DNA of 64,000 nucleotides from Chthonomonadales bacterium (GTDB lineage Bacteria > Armatimonadota > Chthonomonadetes > Chthonomonadales > CAJBBX01): NCBI GenBank assembly GCA_049967475.1, contig JBMFSQ010000008.1:32001-96000 (forward strand), given 5' to 3'. The translations under genes and the position numbers were made by a program. Position 1 is the first letter of the stretch. Each line of letters opens with the position of its first letter. Below, in pieces: positions 62,569-64,000 of the stretch. The notes beneath the pieces are model-generated. The model ran no database searches. It was not told the origin of the DNA and saw nothing but the letters and a program-made list of their open reading frames with translations.

Positions 62569-64000
<1,432 letters not shown>

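Overview
GC-rich bacterial core-genome window. I saw no mobile element, CRISPR array or prophage. It comes from a diderm organism with Terrabacteria-type RpoB/RpoC; Armatimonadota is my guess, not established. Left to right: a sugar-utilisation cluster (5'-truncated GH36/clan-D-like glycosidase with an inserted F5/8C domain, BadF-type kinase, two SIS proteins) and a Tat sulfatase; tig-clpP-clpX; a citrate synthase with the catalytic Asp replaced by Glu; obgE-proB; a class II aldolase; tRNA-Pro and mnmG; a beta-barrel outer-membrane protein; a SAM-I riboswitch with metK. Then a ~31 kb respiratory supercluster: a complex I operon lacking nuoB and nuoI with a URO-D/MtaA-like gene between nuoM and nuoN, an antisense cysM-JAB-[Ubl-E1-rhodanese fusion] sulfur-carrier operon, and alternative complex III (actA-G) with SCO and a caa3-type A2 oxidase. 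The window ends with an amidase and a small Tat-signal partner, tRNA-Lys, rpoC and the 3' part of rpoB. The most unusual items are the remodelled complex I operon, the Ubl-E1-rhodanese polyprotein, and an RNA polymerase with several atypical insertions (53-aa trigger-loop insert with GLPR changed to GLLR, a Zn-ribbon in beta, and a duplicated module in the beta' jaw). All family assignments come from motif recognition by eye; no searches were run.
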